Assembly: GCA_964016885.1 (NCBI GenBank)
Contig: OZ024740.1
Coordinates: 178,374,001 to 178,438,000, forward strand
Origin: Eledone cirrhosa
Taxonomy: Eukaryota
Direction of reading: 5' to 3'
DNA: 64,000 nucleotides
Shown: one piece after another, positions 38,351-53,667 of the stretch
Layout of the letters: each line of letters starts with the position of its first letter
How positions within the stretch are numbered: the stretch's first letter is position 1
The notes under the pieces: generated by a model
Database searches by the model: none
Told to the model about the DNA's origin: nothing
Seen by the model: only the letters and a program-made list of their open reading frames with translations
Translations under genes and position numbers: made by a program

Positions 38351-40757
38351 AACCGAGAGCAGTACGGAAGATATATAGAAACCCCGGCATAGTGAAACAG
38401 TAATTAAATGGGAAGAGAGCCAGATAGGTTTTTTTTATTCAACGTGTTGTCTTGCGCTATGTATTCCTTGTCTTGGAGATCTAACAATTACGTCATTTCA
38501 CAGCGCTGAGTGGTAATTCCTGTGATCAACACGGAAAAGATGAAAGGAAAATCTGACCTCAGTGAAATTTGAACTCAGAGCAATGGAAGCCAGATCAAAT
38601 AACGCAAGCTATTTTGTTTTACGCTCTAAGAACTTTGCAATATGTGTGCTTATATATTTGATAATGTTTATGCATGCACTGAGCTGTGTATATATATCAC
38701 AACCTACTTCTATATGGCTTCGGCCTATTATCTGAATTTGTTTTCGTTTTCAGCTTTATATTATTACAGAGGTCTGTAGAATCTAGATACCGATGTAATT
38801 AAGTAAATTGTAGTTAACTTAAAGTAAAGTCAAAGAAAAACGCTGCAAAACAAAAAAAGTGTTCGACATATTGCAACATTTTCTGATAATCGTGCCAATA
38901 ACTCAGTGCCAAAGTATTAGAAACTGAGACCGAACAAAGAGAGAAAAAATAAGTAAAGAAGCATGAAATTCTTTAGAAAGGTAGTAATTAATTATTCAAA
39001 AGTTAATCAGGAGAGGAAATTCAAAAGAACACAAGATGGAGATGATTCTGTCGGAATACAGCCAAATAGATAAAATAGTTAAAGTGTAAACAGACTGACA
39101 TAATTGACTGATAGACAGACAGACAGACAACCAGGCATCATACACATAAATACATATATATATATATAGCGTACATTTATATACAAATTCATATATATAT
39201 ATTCACGCATATACAATCATAGATACACCTACACGCACAAACAAACACACACACATACATACACAAACAAAATACGTGGAATTAACGAACAAACCCATCT
39301 ATCTCCCGCATCAGCCAGCCTTAAGCGATGTAATGTCGTATATAAGAGTGATATTGCATAATATTGAGCCCATGACCCACGACGGCTTGAATAGGCCACT
39401 GGAAAGATGAATATGATACAACAGAAGAACGTAAAGATAAAGGCAACAAAAGGATGTACTTCGACCAGGACAGCAAAACGATTACGTAAATTAATATTAA
39501 TAAAAATTCTTACGACTGGAAACAGTTCAGTATAGAGTGCAGACAAGTTAAGGAAATAAGAAAGCTGTATGGCTATATCAGTGACGACTTTAGTTCATCA
39601 ATGCTGCCTAGACTTATGACATTTTCATAAAACCTAGTAAACGAACAGTTTAGATTACCATATTTAATATAAGTGTTCAATTTAATTACAAAAGCTGGGT
39701 TTTGTATACGATTAAGTCACATATCTGTCAATCATATTTATTAGATATCTCTGGTTGTCGCTTTTTATGTTGTTAGATATTGTTGGTTTAACAAACATTT
39801 TCCCCAAAATCAACTACATTGACGCTCTACGTGATATAAAAAGCAGCAAATCTCCAGTCAAACCATACTTTATTTTCTTAAAAGGAAAGAAATGACTTGA
39901 TGTAGGTCTAAAGGAATTATTTGAAAATATGATGAGATGTTTATGGCTGTAACGACTTGATCGTAGGTCCTCATGAGGTACCGTGGGAGTAAACAAAAAT
40001 AAAATCATTAATTTGTTCTTAGTTTCAAATGTGTAAAAAAGATATTGCAATCAAGAGGTGTTAACTGTTTCAACTAATAATTCTTTTGTTGTTGCTCTTG
40101 TTTACCTTCGGGTCAGCTCTGATTGATCAAAGAAATTTCAATCGTGATGAGTCTATTTTATTCAGAAATAATACACCTTTCAATATATCATCTTGTGTGA
40201 ACTTTTAAGATATTAGGGTGTGATTTGAGGGGAAAAGTACTGATATTTTTAATAATTTAATCATCGTGTAGATGTTCTCTCATTGACACGTATATTTCTG
40301 GGTTAAGATTATAGGAAATGCTACGATATAATACCTTTAAAATTAATGTACGACACTTCATATTTAATGTTGCATCATAGTTATATGTTTAAACAGAATT
40401 CGTATAGTACAAACAAATTATAAGTAATATTTTGGTTATTAAGCACAAATATTTTGGCAAGCTTTTTATGTATCGTCAATAGTGAGATCTTTAATTTGAT
40501 AGAGATATCAGCCACAGTTCTCTCAAATCGCACCCTACCATGTATCCAACTTAATTATGTCATCGATACAGTATAATTCCAATAACAATAGGATCATAAT
40601 ATCCCACGCAGAGATTATGAATCATAGGTTTACTCAAACGTGGTTCTCTAGGGATTGTACATTAAAAAAAAGCGATATAAGCTACAAAATATTTACTCCT
40701 AGTACAGACGTGTAGGCGTGATATAAATTACCAAATTTCGTGAAAAACTTAATATAT

Positions 40758-40931
40758 AATTGTTTCTACTTTTTGGCACAAGGCCAGCATTACTGGTACT
40801 TTATTTTATCGACCCCATAAGGATGAAAGGCAAAGTTAACATCGGCGGGATTTGAACCCAGAATGGCAAGGGCCGTAACTCTATGCGTCAAAGCATGGTG
40901 TCCGACCCTCTTCCGATACTGCCAATCCACC
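40758..40931 (-). mobile_element. SINE, subfamily B
   Basis: Same SINE core; carries the GCCCTTGCCATT and TTTGACGCATAG diagnostics. Confidence 0.88.
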
Positions 40932-41409
40932 ATAATAAAATCATATTGTATGGGTGTTGGCACAAGCCTGACAAGTTTTAACATGATGAAGCAAGAAATA
41001 ATCCATTAAAAATGATATTAATATCATATATATATTTATATTTATTTATTTTGTCGTGTATGCGTGCGTGTGTATATATCTATCTATATATGTATATTTC
41101 TATGGATGTATTTATATAAAAAAAAATATGTTTTGTATAACTTTTGTTTACGAGCAAATCTTCTATTTCAGTTCACTTGTCACATTATCTACCAAAGTAT
41201 CTAGTAAAATGTTTCTATACATTGTTACTCTGGAATTCAATTCATGTCAATATCTCTTCGAAGCACTACATAATGTTTTAGTCAAACACATATATATGAT
41301 AAATTGTTACAGGCATCCTATATCAGCATTTCGTAATCTTTAGAAAATGAAGCCGTATATTTCTATTCTATATTGAAAATGGAAACATTATTCTCAATAC
41401 AAGAAAAAT

Positions 41410-41523
41410 AATTGTTTCTACTTTAGGCACAAGGCCAGCAATTACCCAGTGCATTACTGGTACTTTATTTTATCGACCCCGTAAGGATGAAAGGCAAAGT
41501 CAACCTCGGCGGGATTTGAACTC
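41410..41523 (-). mobile_element. 5'-truncated SINE with ~20-bp TSD
   Basis: CTCAATACAAGAAAAATAAT on both sides. Confidence 0.92.
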
Positions 41524-41756
41524 AATACAAGAAAAATAATATTTTGAATTCTGTGAAATTAAGATATTTCCGTTCGTTTTGCTTCTCCTTCTCTATATTT
41601 CTATTTCATCTCTTATTTCTCATTTTATGTTCCGATGAAGGGTGTCTGAAACCTAAACAATCTTTTTCAACTATATTAAGATTTAAACTATGTTTCGTCA
41701 TTGTACTGTGTTGTTTGCTTATTTGTTTCCAATCACTTTTCACATGCACAAACCCA

Positions 41757-42043
<287 letters not shown>

Positions 42044-42065
42044 TGGGAGGGTCATGTTGCCAACA

Positions 42066-42094
<29 letters not shown>

Positions 42095-42100
<6 letters not shown>

Positions 42101-42467
42101 ATTAAATAAATGGAAACTATATTTATAAAACCATATCTATTTCATTATATATATTTTCGGGATAACATATTAACAATATGCTATGCCTTCCTCAGACAAA
42201 ATACAATATAAACAGTTTTATAGATAAATAGATTCGACATACCGTAACAACATCGACTTGTATTTGAAAAGGTTGAACTGCCAATTCAACCTTTTCAAAT
42301 ACAAGTCGATGTTGTTACGGTATGTCGAATCTATTTATCTATAAAACTGTTTATATTGTATTTTGTCTGAGGAAGGCATAGCATATTGTTAATATGTTAT
42401 CCCGAAAATATATATAATGAAATAGATATGGTTTTATAAATATAGTTTCCATTTATTTAATATTGTA
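42095..42467. repeat. Palindrome with 183-bp arms and a 7-nt loop, built from a PLE terminal repeat
   Basis: 42095-42277 is the reverse complement of 42285-42467. Loop CTGCCAA. Confidence 0.95.
42359..42424 (+). ncRNA. Hammerhead ribozyme motif in the right palindrome arm (mirror copy at 42138-42203 on the minus strand)
   Basis: TATTTTGT-CTGAGGA-AGGC-ATAGCATATT gtt AATATGTTAT-CCC-GAAAA-TATATA-TA-ATGAAATA. One extra A in the GAAA box. Confidence 0.7.
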
Positions 42468-42620
42468 AATATACTCCAAATATTTGTCGAGTGCTTTTAT
42501 ATCAGTTATAAATATTTACTAGTTGTAACCCAACAATTTACATATAACTTTCCATATATATATATATATATTGTTATACTTTGGGAGGGTCATGTTGCCA
42601 ACAAGATATATATATATATA

Positions 42621-43789
42621 TGGTTATACTTGGGGAGGGTCATATTTGTGTAATAGTATTGCCAGAATTAATAACAGAACACACTCACTGTTTGGTTGGT
42701 TTTCGCTTCTGTGTCTTTTATATCGGTTAATTTAATTTTTTCGGTCCTCAATGTTGTCATTGACTGACCAACGGTCAAAAGTAGAGATATAATATAGACA
42801 CAAACACATATATACAGTCTATCAAAGTTCTTTCGTTGCACATCTGCAACATCGTCAGTGGTGCTATTATGTTTCCTGCCGTTGCATTGTATGCTTACGC
42901 CATCTTTATTTAGTATGTTTATTTATTTGTTTATTTTTTTGTCTTCTCTGCGCATGCGTTTGGTGTGTGTATAGTGTTTTGTTTGATGTGGGTTCTTGTT
43001 TGGGTGACTGTGTATTGGTTAATGTATTCTATCTTAGTTTACTAGTGTGTATTTATATATTGTTTGTTGTTGTTGTGCTTGTGTATGTATTTATTTATTT
43101 ATTTATTTATACTTCTCTTAGGTCAGTGTTGTTTGTTTGGGTGTTGTTGTTATTCTATTCATTTTTTCTATTTAGGCTTGGCCTTCTAAGTTCTATTTCG
43201 CTGGCCTCACTGATTTGCCTATCTGCTGGGTCATTTCTATGTTTAGATATTATTCTAACTTTTATGTTGTCTATGTTACCGTTGTGTTGTTGTCTGGCAT
43301 GTTCATATAGTACTGAACCGTTTTTTCGTCCTTTTAGTTCCTTCCAGTCTATACTTAGTCTATCCTTTCACCTATACTAAGAGCTGTCTCGCCTATGTAA
43401 TTTGTTGTCATGTTTCTGCAAGTACTCTCTGTACATCTTATGCTATAGACTACGTTTCTAGTTTTACAGTTTATCCGGGAGTTTACTCTACATATGATAC
43501 ATTTCCTATTAGTAGAGTGGGTTTTCTTAAAAGGGTAGGTTTTGATGATCAGGGATTTTATGGTGGTTCCTGGCTTTTCTACCACCTCAATCTTTAAGTG
43601 GGTCTTTCTCAGAGCCTTTCTACACTGGTTAGCTAATTTCCCGCCAGGGGTAGCGTCCAGAAACATGACACTCTGGTATCTCTGGTTGTCGTACCATGAG
43701 GTGGTTTTCCCTATCTTATGTCTAGTCCTATCTAAGCTATTCCATGATTTGCTTCTGTATAATGGGCAAATTCCTTTCATGTCCAGTAC

Positions 43790-43790
<1 letters not shown>
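42621..43790 (-). mobile_element. 5'-truncated Neptune-like PLE (GIY-YIG region + pLTR), related to the 60851-63468 element
   Basis: [45 protein letters not shown]...YIGETA.SIGERI. Shares the TATACTT.GGGAGGGTCAT terminus. Confidence 0.85.
42819..42864 (-). ncRNA. Minimal hammerhead motif
   Basis: Minus strand: CACCA-CTGACGA-T-GTTGCA gatg TGCAAC-GAAA-GAAC-TT-TGATA. Stem II perfect, stem I weak. Confidence 0.55.
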
Positions 43791-44569
<779 letters not shown>

Positions 44570-44570
<1 letters not shown>

Positions 44571-46200
44571 AAAAGTACTCATAAATATACGCATATACAC
44601 TGGCACATAAAATTAGCTCTACAGGCAGAAATGCAGATAGGTAAGAGGTACTCACATAACCATAGTGGCCGTACTTCAGGTTGAGGAAGGGTGGAGGTGG
44701 GGTGGGAAGGAGGTAGAGGGGCTAAAAGGGGGAAGTCGTTTTTAGCCATCGGGCATTAATACTGGCTTAAGGTATTTGAAAGTTGCAAAGTTCTTGTGCA
44801 TGCAGTTCGGGCAGTGTTCAGAGAGTTTGTTCAGTAGCAGGCCCTTGGCGAATACAATTGTATAGCTCTCTGAGATACAAAGGTGGCAGCCCTTGTGTGC
44901 TCCGTTGTAAGAGCGCGCTTTCTGGAGTATTTTCCGTTTAAGCGTGAAGAGGGTGGAGTTCCTTTTGAAGTCCCAAACATTGGAGGCGAGTGTTGTCTGG
45001 TTTGATTCGTCCGGTCTTCTGAAGGAGTGGGTATGGGCATACCAACGGGTCTTAAAGTTATTGGAAGTCATGCCGATCTAAGTCTTTTTGTTATTGCAAT
45101 CATCGGTGCCTGAGATGACGTCGCATTTGTATACGATATCATTTGTCAAGCATTTGTTTTCAAGTGGGCAGGCTTCCTTATTTAGGCAATTACACAAGGC
45201 CCCAGTCCGGGATTGAGTTCAGAGGTGGTTGGCTTATTTAATTTTTTAGAATTGGGGTTGGCTATATTCCTAGCTAGCTTAGGTGTTGTGGAGTAGGAGA
45301 GTCTTATTGTCTTCTTATTAAATATGGTGTAGTACATATGTTGTATGGGGAAGTGTTTTTTCAGCAAAGTGAAGAAAATCCTAGCTATCGGTGTAGAGAC
45401 CTCTCTATTGAAGGGAGGGTTGTACCAGTTAATTTGCCTATGCCTATTCCTCCTCTGCAAACTTGCGGTGGTTTCCAAGTAGGTTATCTTTTCTTTAAAT
45501 CCGCTGCGGGCGAGGGCGTCATTGTAGTAGGTGGCAGAGGCGTTAAATATATCTTCATTGGCAGAGAGGCCAGAGATTCTAATAGAGACGCTTTTTACTA
45601 AGTTATCAGTGATGTTTTGGGGGTGGTTAGAATTAACATTAATATATCTAAGGGACTCGTTAGGTTTGTGGTACGGGTAATAGAGAGAAGTATCTAGGTC
45701 GTGAGTGACATCTAAGAAGTTGGCCCTAGTCATATTAGATTCTATAGTTATACTAAATCCTAGATTAGAGAAGAACGAGCTTAAGTTTCTCCGAAACGCA
45801 TCGGTGGTTCTGGGGTTAACCTTGTGCAGGGCGAAGAGGCCGTCGTCTCGGTATAAACCTCCGGTTAGGCCGGTAAAGAGGTTCTTCATGTGATGTAAAA
45901 TGTACAAGCCCACAAGGTCGCTAATTTCAGCCGAGTCACTCGTTTCCATGCTGACGTCAAATGGGGTCTGAGAATTCTTGTTGATCCAGTAAGATTCATC
46001 GTGGTATAGAAAGGTCTTACGGGATAACAACTTGCTCAGCATCAGTAATGTTCTATCAACCAATGACCTCTACCCATCCCACTCCCTACTCTCTCCTACC
46101 ACATGAAGAGACCTATAAATACCATATGTAATTTTTGATACCCAGATTCCTGATGATTTCTAAAGAATGAAACAGTTCTAGTCCTGTTAGAATCTCATCT
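44570..46200 (-). mobile_element. 5'-truncated Naiad-like PLE (RT C-half + GIY-YIG) with an inverted pLTR piece at its 5' end
   Basis: 45182..46063 (FDVSM..SDSAE..DLVG, GGLYRDDGL, FLDV, WYNPPF), CNCLNKEACPLENKC, and 44742..45071 (FKTRW..H, CHLC). The hammerhead at 46144-46195 is on the opposite strand. Confidence 0.87.
46144..46195 (+). ncRNA. Hammerhead ribozyme motif
   Basis: AGATTC-CTGATGA-TTTC taaa GAAT-GAAA-CAG ttctagtc CTG-TT-A-GAATCT. Stem I AGATTC/GAATCT with one extra base. Confidence 0.7.
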
Positions 46201-46291
<91 letters not shown>

Positions 46292-46294
<3 letters not shown>

Positions 46295-48790
46295 GGTGTT
46301 GGATGCTTAAAGCGCCGTATGCGTATGCCCTCGTGGAGCAGAGTATGATATCACAGAGAAAAGAGAATCAGTGCCGTGTCCGCGAGGAGTGCCCCCTGCA
46401 GGGAATGTGCCTGACTAAAGGCGTTGTCTACAGGTGTCTGGTTACCACGCACAACGATAGGCACTCATACATCGGAGCTACATCCACGACTTTTAAGTCG
46501 AGGATGTACAACCACAAAAGCTCGTTCAAGGACAGGAACAAGAGGCATTCCACCAGATTGGCGGACTTAGTATGGAGACTCAAAGACAATGGCATAGAAT
46601 ATGACCTCAGCTAGGGTATTGTACGGCATACGAATGCGTACTCAGCCGGAGACAGGAAGTGCAAGTTATGCCTATCCGAAGCTATGGAGATAATAAAACT
46701 TAAGGGCGACGCAGTCAACCTCAAGTCTGAAATAATCATGGCATGCAGACATCAACGTAAATGCACACTCTCAGCCCTAGTGATATCGGATGGATCTACA
46801 TAGCGCATCACCGGCACCGCAACACCAGGTGGAGCGCATGCACCGGACCACAATAGAACCCTGCACAACCATGATGTATGACAGCACAAGCTGATAGCAA
46901 TGACAGTTCCAACGTTGCACCCCTCGTAGAACACCTTAATATCACCACCACACCAATTTGCGGACGCCGACTCATTACAAGTAGGATTGGGTCTACAAAC
47001 ATATGTGTAGTTTTAAATTTTCAAACGTTAACATTTTAAAATTTCCGATATGCGATTCGCGGTGTTTAATCCGTGACTTGGATGATGGACATGATGCTGC
47101 TCTTAATGTTAATGTCGCAGCTAATCGTAATGTTGATGTTAATTTTAATTTTAATTTCGATTTTGATTTCAAGTTGTAATTTTGTCGTTCCATGACATGA
47201 TATGCACACGCACACAACGCATGCCGTTGGCACATTTCATCATCCATACACTCCACGTGCATTCCATATATATTGTTATGAAGCACATACCCTTTATATT
47301 CCATGTATACATCAAACCCATGCACATCTCATATATATTTTTATGAAATGGATATTACACATAAACACAATATATATAACTTCTTTGTGCACGCAAGTTA
47401 TATATATATTGCATCATGCGCAGGCTCCCACCCAGTGCCTTAGCCCACCAGCCTCCATATATATCATATAAACATTTGCACCACAGCCCCCAACTATTGT
47501 ATGAAACTTTACACACTCCTCGATAATGCCCAGTCCCCTTCTGCATCCTTGTCATGTATGCATTCTCTTTTTCCAGCATCTTATTTTATTGTATTTTATC
47601 TCATTTTATTTTATTATTGTATATTATTTCATTACTTTACGTTATGTACATACAGGATTTTTTATATATGTGCCACCCACGTTATATGCGATTAGTGCAG
47701 GGATATTGTGCTGCCGTAACATTTTGGCATATTGTGCAGGCACCCTCGGACTTACACCGCCACGTGATCAGGTTGGGCCAAGGCCTCAAATGCGTTGTCT
47801 CATACAATACTGTGTGCACCATCTGCGCAGCGACGCGTGCGTAGACGGATGGGAGGGGGTACTCATCGAGTATATGCATCCGGTGTGGGAGCACGCGGGT
47901 GCATGTATGTACGTATGCGTGTCCACACAGACATGCATGAGCACGGGTGTGCGCATGCACGGGTCGATGTATTTGTCTGACCATGTATGAGTTGGGGTAC
48001 GGATGACTTTCCATGGATTTTTCTTTTTTTCTCATCTGCCTATATATGTGCGGCGTCTTGGCTATGGACGCTCCCCTGAGTCCAGCGTGTGAGTGTAGAA
48101 TGAGTCTATTTGTTGAAAACACCTTTGATATACCCTTCCCTTTGAATGGCTGTTGAAAGCTTTCTTTTAAAAACGTTTTTTAAAAAACGTTCTTGATATA
48201 GGTTTTTTCTTTTTCTTTTTGAAATATGAATGGCGGAGTGTATCCTAAGGCTGTGTCCTACAAATGTTACGCTAAATATCCCTATGATTTGTTTTTTTAA
48301 CATTATTTATGATGAATGCCGCATACTGCATAATTGCGGGTGTGTACCTTACCGATGTAGACTAAGGCGCCTAGGGGCAATGAAGACGTCGAAGTGATGC
48401 CAGCCGTTCAAGATTAAAAGCCCCTCTACCACTACAGTAGTAATTCTGATACATGAAGAAATTTTGATTGACAGGTGGAGGACGAGAAGAAGAAAGAAGC
48501 GGGCAACCATGAGTGGCTAGAAATACTGGTGACGTGTACAATTCTTGACCACTCATGGAATGACAACAACAGGATCTAAATCAACAAACGAAGAAATTCG
48601 ATGTTAAAGGATTATAGGAAAATCTACTTCGTAGAATCGAGACGTATCCGACGACCGAGAGATTTGAGAGTCAGGTATGATCAACATATCGATCGTGCCT
48701 CGAGCTGGTCGCTCGAGAAACATTTGTAATATGTCCAATAAATTCCTTTCGTAGCAACACTGATTCTCTTTTTTCTGTGATATATATATA
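46292..48790 (+). mobile_element. 5'-truncated PLE: GIY-YIG end plus long 3' region
   Basis: QCRVREECPLQGMC..GVVYRC...YIGATSTTFKSRMYNH, CKLC..E, CRH. Starts right after (TA)n. Hammerhead at 48641-48735. Continuity of the long 3' region is inferred. Confidence 0.7.
48641..48735 (+). ncRNA. Hammerhead ribozyme motif (CCGACGA core, expanded stem II)
   Basis: GACGTAT-CCGACGA-CCGAGAGA...TCGCTCGA-GAAA-CATTTG-TA-ATATGTC, then AATAAA. 7-bp stem I, GUA site. Confidence 0.75.
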
Positions 48791-49006
48791 TATAAGTTTG
48801 ACGTGAATATCGTTGCTATAAAAAGCACAATGCCTTCTAGTCGTCACATAAAATTCTATGTGTAGCGGTTATGGCTTAATTACTATAACGTATTGTTTTC
48901 TCTTGCCTTTTACTCCATGGACTGCACTTTGGCTTGTTTAAGATGCTGTGACCCATGGTGGAAGAAGAAAAAAAGATAATAAATATAAAAGTATAGAACA
49001 CATACG

Positions 49007-49082
<76 letters not shown>

Positions 49083-49197
49083 CATACATATATATATAAA
49101 TATACATACACATACACATAAATGCACAAACACACACATATATATAAATATACATACACATACACATAAATGCACAAACACACATATATATATATAT

Positions 49198-49259
<62 letters not shown>

Positions 49260-49389
49260 ATATATACACATACACATATATACATATATATATATATATA
49301 TAAAATTATAAAAATAAATAAAAATAAATAAACGAATATAATGCATATACTAAAGTAAGCAGTCACATCACCTTACAAAGACAAAATAC

Positions 49390-50600
49390 ATATACATAAG
49401 ACGACGGATTGGCAGTCTCTTATACCACGAACGGCCATAACCTTGATACATTCCGTAAGGATTTAATCAATACCTTTGCTAACCTTAACCTTAAAATTAC
49501 TATTGATACGAACCTTACCAATGCGAAATTTCTTGATATTAATCTTGATCTACTTACTGCTTCTTTTAAACCTTATCATAAACCTAACGAGAATCTAAGA
49601 TATATACACAAAGAGTCTTGCCATCCCCCTATAGTTTTTAAAAATATTATTCCTAATATTAGCCGTAGGATTTCTACCTTATCTGCGTCGCTAGACATTT
49701 TTAACAAAGCCAGCCCTTATTATAATAAGGCCCTCAATAACAGCGGCTTTTCAGAATATATTAAATATTTACCTACTCTTCCCCCCAAAAAACAAACAAA
49801 TCACAATAATAGGAAAAGGAAAATTATTTTGTTTACACCACCCTTCTCTCTAACTGTCAAAACTAATATAGGAAGGAAATTCCTTGATCTCCTAGACAAG
49901 CATTTCCCCCCCTAATCATATATATTATAAGATATTTAATAGAAATGTAGTCAAAATCAGTTACTCATGCTGTCCACCAATGAAGACTAAAATTACCAAC
50001 TCTAATCGTATGAGAGTAAATCCAGGATGCAGTTGCAGGAAGCCGGAAGAATGCCCATTACAGGGCAAATGTAATACTAAATCCGTTGTGTTTGAGGCCA
50101 AATTGACACTGTTAATTAACAACCAGCCAGCCAGGAGTGAACGATATGTTGGCATGACTCAGGACAGGTTCAAAACCAGGTTTTATGCACATGTCGTTTC
50201 TTTTAAACAGTCTGATATAAGAACAGCAACGGCTCTCGCAAATAAAGTGTGGGAATTCAAAGACAAAAACCGTACACTATCGATTGGTCTATTTTAGACC
50301 ATTCAAGGGAATACCAAAGGGGCACAAAGAATTGTTCTTTATGCACCACGGAAAAATTTAGAATTCTCCAAAATTTGAAAGCCACTTCCACTTGCCTTAA
50401 CTCCAAGACTGTTATCTTCAGATTGTAACTGGGATTGACATTCCTACGATGACTCAACCACTTTCAACTTCTTCTTTACTCATTACGCCTTACATCCACT
50501 ACGTTTATTATTACTCTCTCAACTCACATTCTGAACCCATATATTCTTTTTCTCCCTCATCTCCTCATATATTTACCTCTTTTAATTATACATATTTGTT
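49390..50600 (+). mobile_element. 5'-truncated Naiad-like PLE (RT thumb + GIY-YIG)
   Basis: DDGLAV, FLDINLDL, PYHKPNE, F.PPFS, CSCRKPEECPLQGKC, YVGMT..FKTRF..H, NCSLC. Confidence 0.87.
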
Positions 50601-50649
50601 ACTGTGTGTATGTTTGTATATGTATATATGTGTTTGAATGTATGTATGA

Positions 50650-50752
<103 letters not shown>

Positions 50753-50835
50753 TATGTGAGTGTATTTATTGTGCGTGAATATGCACGCTTTTGTTTATAT
50801 GTTTGTATGCGTATGCATATTTATTTATATTTATG

Positions 50836-50898
<63 letters not shown>

Positions 50899-52174
50899 AT
50901 GAGAGGAGGTGGGCATCATCCACGCCGCCCGAAAGACCCTAATCAGTTTCGGCGGAGACTTTGGACCAGAAGTGATTGGCCAAATAACTTTGACATCAAG
51001 ATGGGCTCCAGCGACTCCGCAAAGGTAACGGACCTGGTCGGACTATTCCTGCTAAAGCAAATAAAAGATGAAATCCACTGTCTGGGCGGCGGACTGTAAC
51101 GTGACGATGCACTCCTCACAGTCTATGACCACAGCACCACTATGGTGGAGAGAATGAAGAGGCGTATTCGGCTAAAATATATCATTTATCACTGGGTGAT
51201 ATCAACCACCCAGTGCCCGACGCCCCCAACCGCAAGACACGAAGCGGGACCGATGGAAGACCATCCCACCGTAGTACTCCCAGCTTGGGTAACAACCACC
51301 CCAGAGATACGGCCGGAAAGTTAGCAGAACACAGCGCCCAAAGAGAAAGCAGCAATGCGGGAACCACTAGCAACCCAACAACTCCCCAACAGCCCACGAA
51401 ACGCTCAACCCACCCACATAGGAGTAGACACAGAAAAATCACGTGGTACAACCCACCATACTCAGCGGCCCTAAAGAACAGCATGGCCCGCTCATTCTTT
51501 AGAGCACTAGATAAATGCTTCCCGAAGGACCATAGATACCGCAAGATCTTCAACAGATACACTGTAAAGCTCTCATATTCTACCACGCGAAATGTGGCCC
51601 AGCACATAATTAGCATTAATAGGGGTAGACTTAAAAACCACACACAACCAGAATCTGGCAATATAGGCACCCGGCAGAACCATGTGGAGGGAAAGAAGGG
51701 TGAACCCAGTAACCCAAACAGACCCAGGGACGCCCCACCGGGCCCGGGGGAGGACCACCATATAATATGCAACGGGAACCCCACATTAGGTACACGGAGG
51801 TCGACCACCTCCTGCAACTGCAGAAACCCAGCATTATGCCCCCTTAGTAATGAATGCCTAAGGAAGAACTTAATATACGGATGTAGAATAAACACCCCCA
51901 ACTCTGAACACCTTTACATAGGAGCACATCAACGAGCTTTAAGGACCGATGGTATAACCATCGCCATTCCTTTAACAGGGAGGACAAAAGGAAAAGTACG
52001 GCTCTTTCGGAACTGATCTGGAAGCTCAAGCTGGACAGGACACCGTACTCTCTGGCCTGGTCCAAAATCAGGAAAGTACCACCTGATAAAGGGGGATCTG
52101 GCATCTGCAAACTATGTCTGAGCGAGACCCACGAGATACTCAGCGGTGGAAGCAGCCTGATAAACCTCAGGACT

Positions 52175-52473
52175 GACTTCTTCGGGACATGTAGACACCT
52201 CAGGGCCGGGACCTTCCTCAAGCTATATGGACAATAACAACACACTGGGAGGGGAACTTCCCTCAAGCTATATGGACTTCTCCGGGACATGTAGACACCC
52301 CAGGCCCGGACCTTCCTCAAGCTATATGATCAATAACAACACTTTGGGATGGGAACTTCCTTCAAGCTATAGGGACTTCTCCGGGACATGTAGACACATC
52401 AGGGCCGGGACCTTCCTCTAGCTATATGGGCAACAACAACGCATGGGAAGCGAACTTCCCTCAAGCTATAGGG
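52175..52473 (+). repeat. Three tandem copies of a ~100-bp unit at the PLE ORF end
   Basis: GACTTCT(T/C)CGGGACATGTAGACAC starts at 52175, 52275 and 52374. Confidence 0.9.
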
Positions 52474-52627
52474 ACAGTAGCCCCGCCACACCGAGCCCAC
52501 AGTAAACCACCCCTACACTTTCACCACCCCTACCCCTGCCTTGATCGACTCCTATGGTAGCACAGATTTATGCATATGTCCATACATAGATCCTGTTATT
52601 TGAGATTGTACATGCACTGATACTTAC

Positions 52628-52694
<67 letters not shown>

Positions 52695-53667
52695 TGCGTG
52701 TGTGTGTGCGTGTGTGTGCGAGTATATATATACATATATATATATGGGTGTGTGTGTGTGTTTGTATAATCTGTGTGTGTGTAGGTATGTGTGAATATGG
52801 GATGCATTTGGGTCCGTGTTGGTGCGTGTGGGCATGCCACGATGTGGGTTGACATACACGCACATGTACTCTATGCCGAATTAAAAACTGTAATCCTCTG
52901 CATTTCCGTATTTGACACTCAGGTTATGGTGTTTTACACTCCACTCTTGCCTCATTTGTTCTTCAAACGCACCACCCCATGATAGTGTAATGGTCGTAAT
53001 CCTTGGCATTTCCCGATTCTGACACATAGCTTTATACTTCTGTCAATATTTTCCAAATCTTTCAAACTTTAATTTGGCTATAACAAACACGCACTTTATT
53101 CTATTTTATTCATTTATTTATATTTTTACTACTTCACTTTTTTTTACTTCTTCATTTTATTGTATCGTACCTTATTATTTTATTATTTATTTTATCTTAT
53201 TTTTTTAGATTTTTTTTATATTTTAATTCTTCATTTTACCTTATCTGATTCCATTATCTGTTTGGTACCCCGCCCCCCACCACGTGAAAGGGTGGTGGGA
53301 TTGGTGCCAACCCACACACACTCATTCTTCTAAAGACAGCAGCAGTAGAACTAAGGCTGACATGCCAGCTGACCCCCTAACACCAATAAACACAAGGGAG
53401 GAGGTCAGCTGTACTTAACAAAAACAACCACGACAGATTGTCTTGCCTCAGGAAAAAATTTCTATAGACTTTTGACTGAGGAATGTTCTCACAATTGACC
53501 AATGGGAGGAGAGAGTGTCCTATGATGCCATAATTCGTTTGTTCGAATTCATATGATTCCACTTCCTCAGAGAAATAACAACCCAACCAGGAGCTGGACA
53601 TATCGGAGTATTGACGGAGTAAAACACTTTAACAACATGTGTACCTGTCTCTACCACTCCAATTAGA

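Noticed and set aside
39290-39630. Coding-looking patch (HWKDEYDTTEERKDKG...YDWKQFSIECRQV); similar patches at 31700-31910 and 35700-35940
   Set aside because: Interrupted by stops, with no recognisable family and no clear splice structure. A database search would be needed.
41625-41675. CCGATGAAGGG... hammerhead-like string
   Set aside because: The GAAA box and stems I and III cannot be placed convincingly. It may be a decayed copy but is not supportable.
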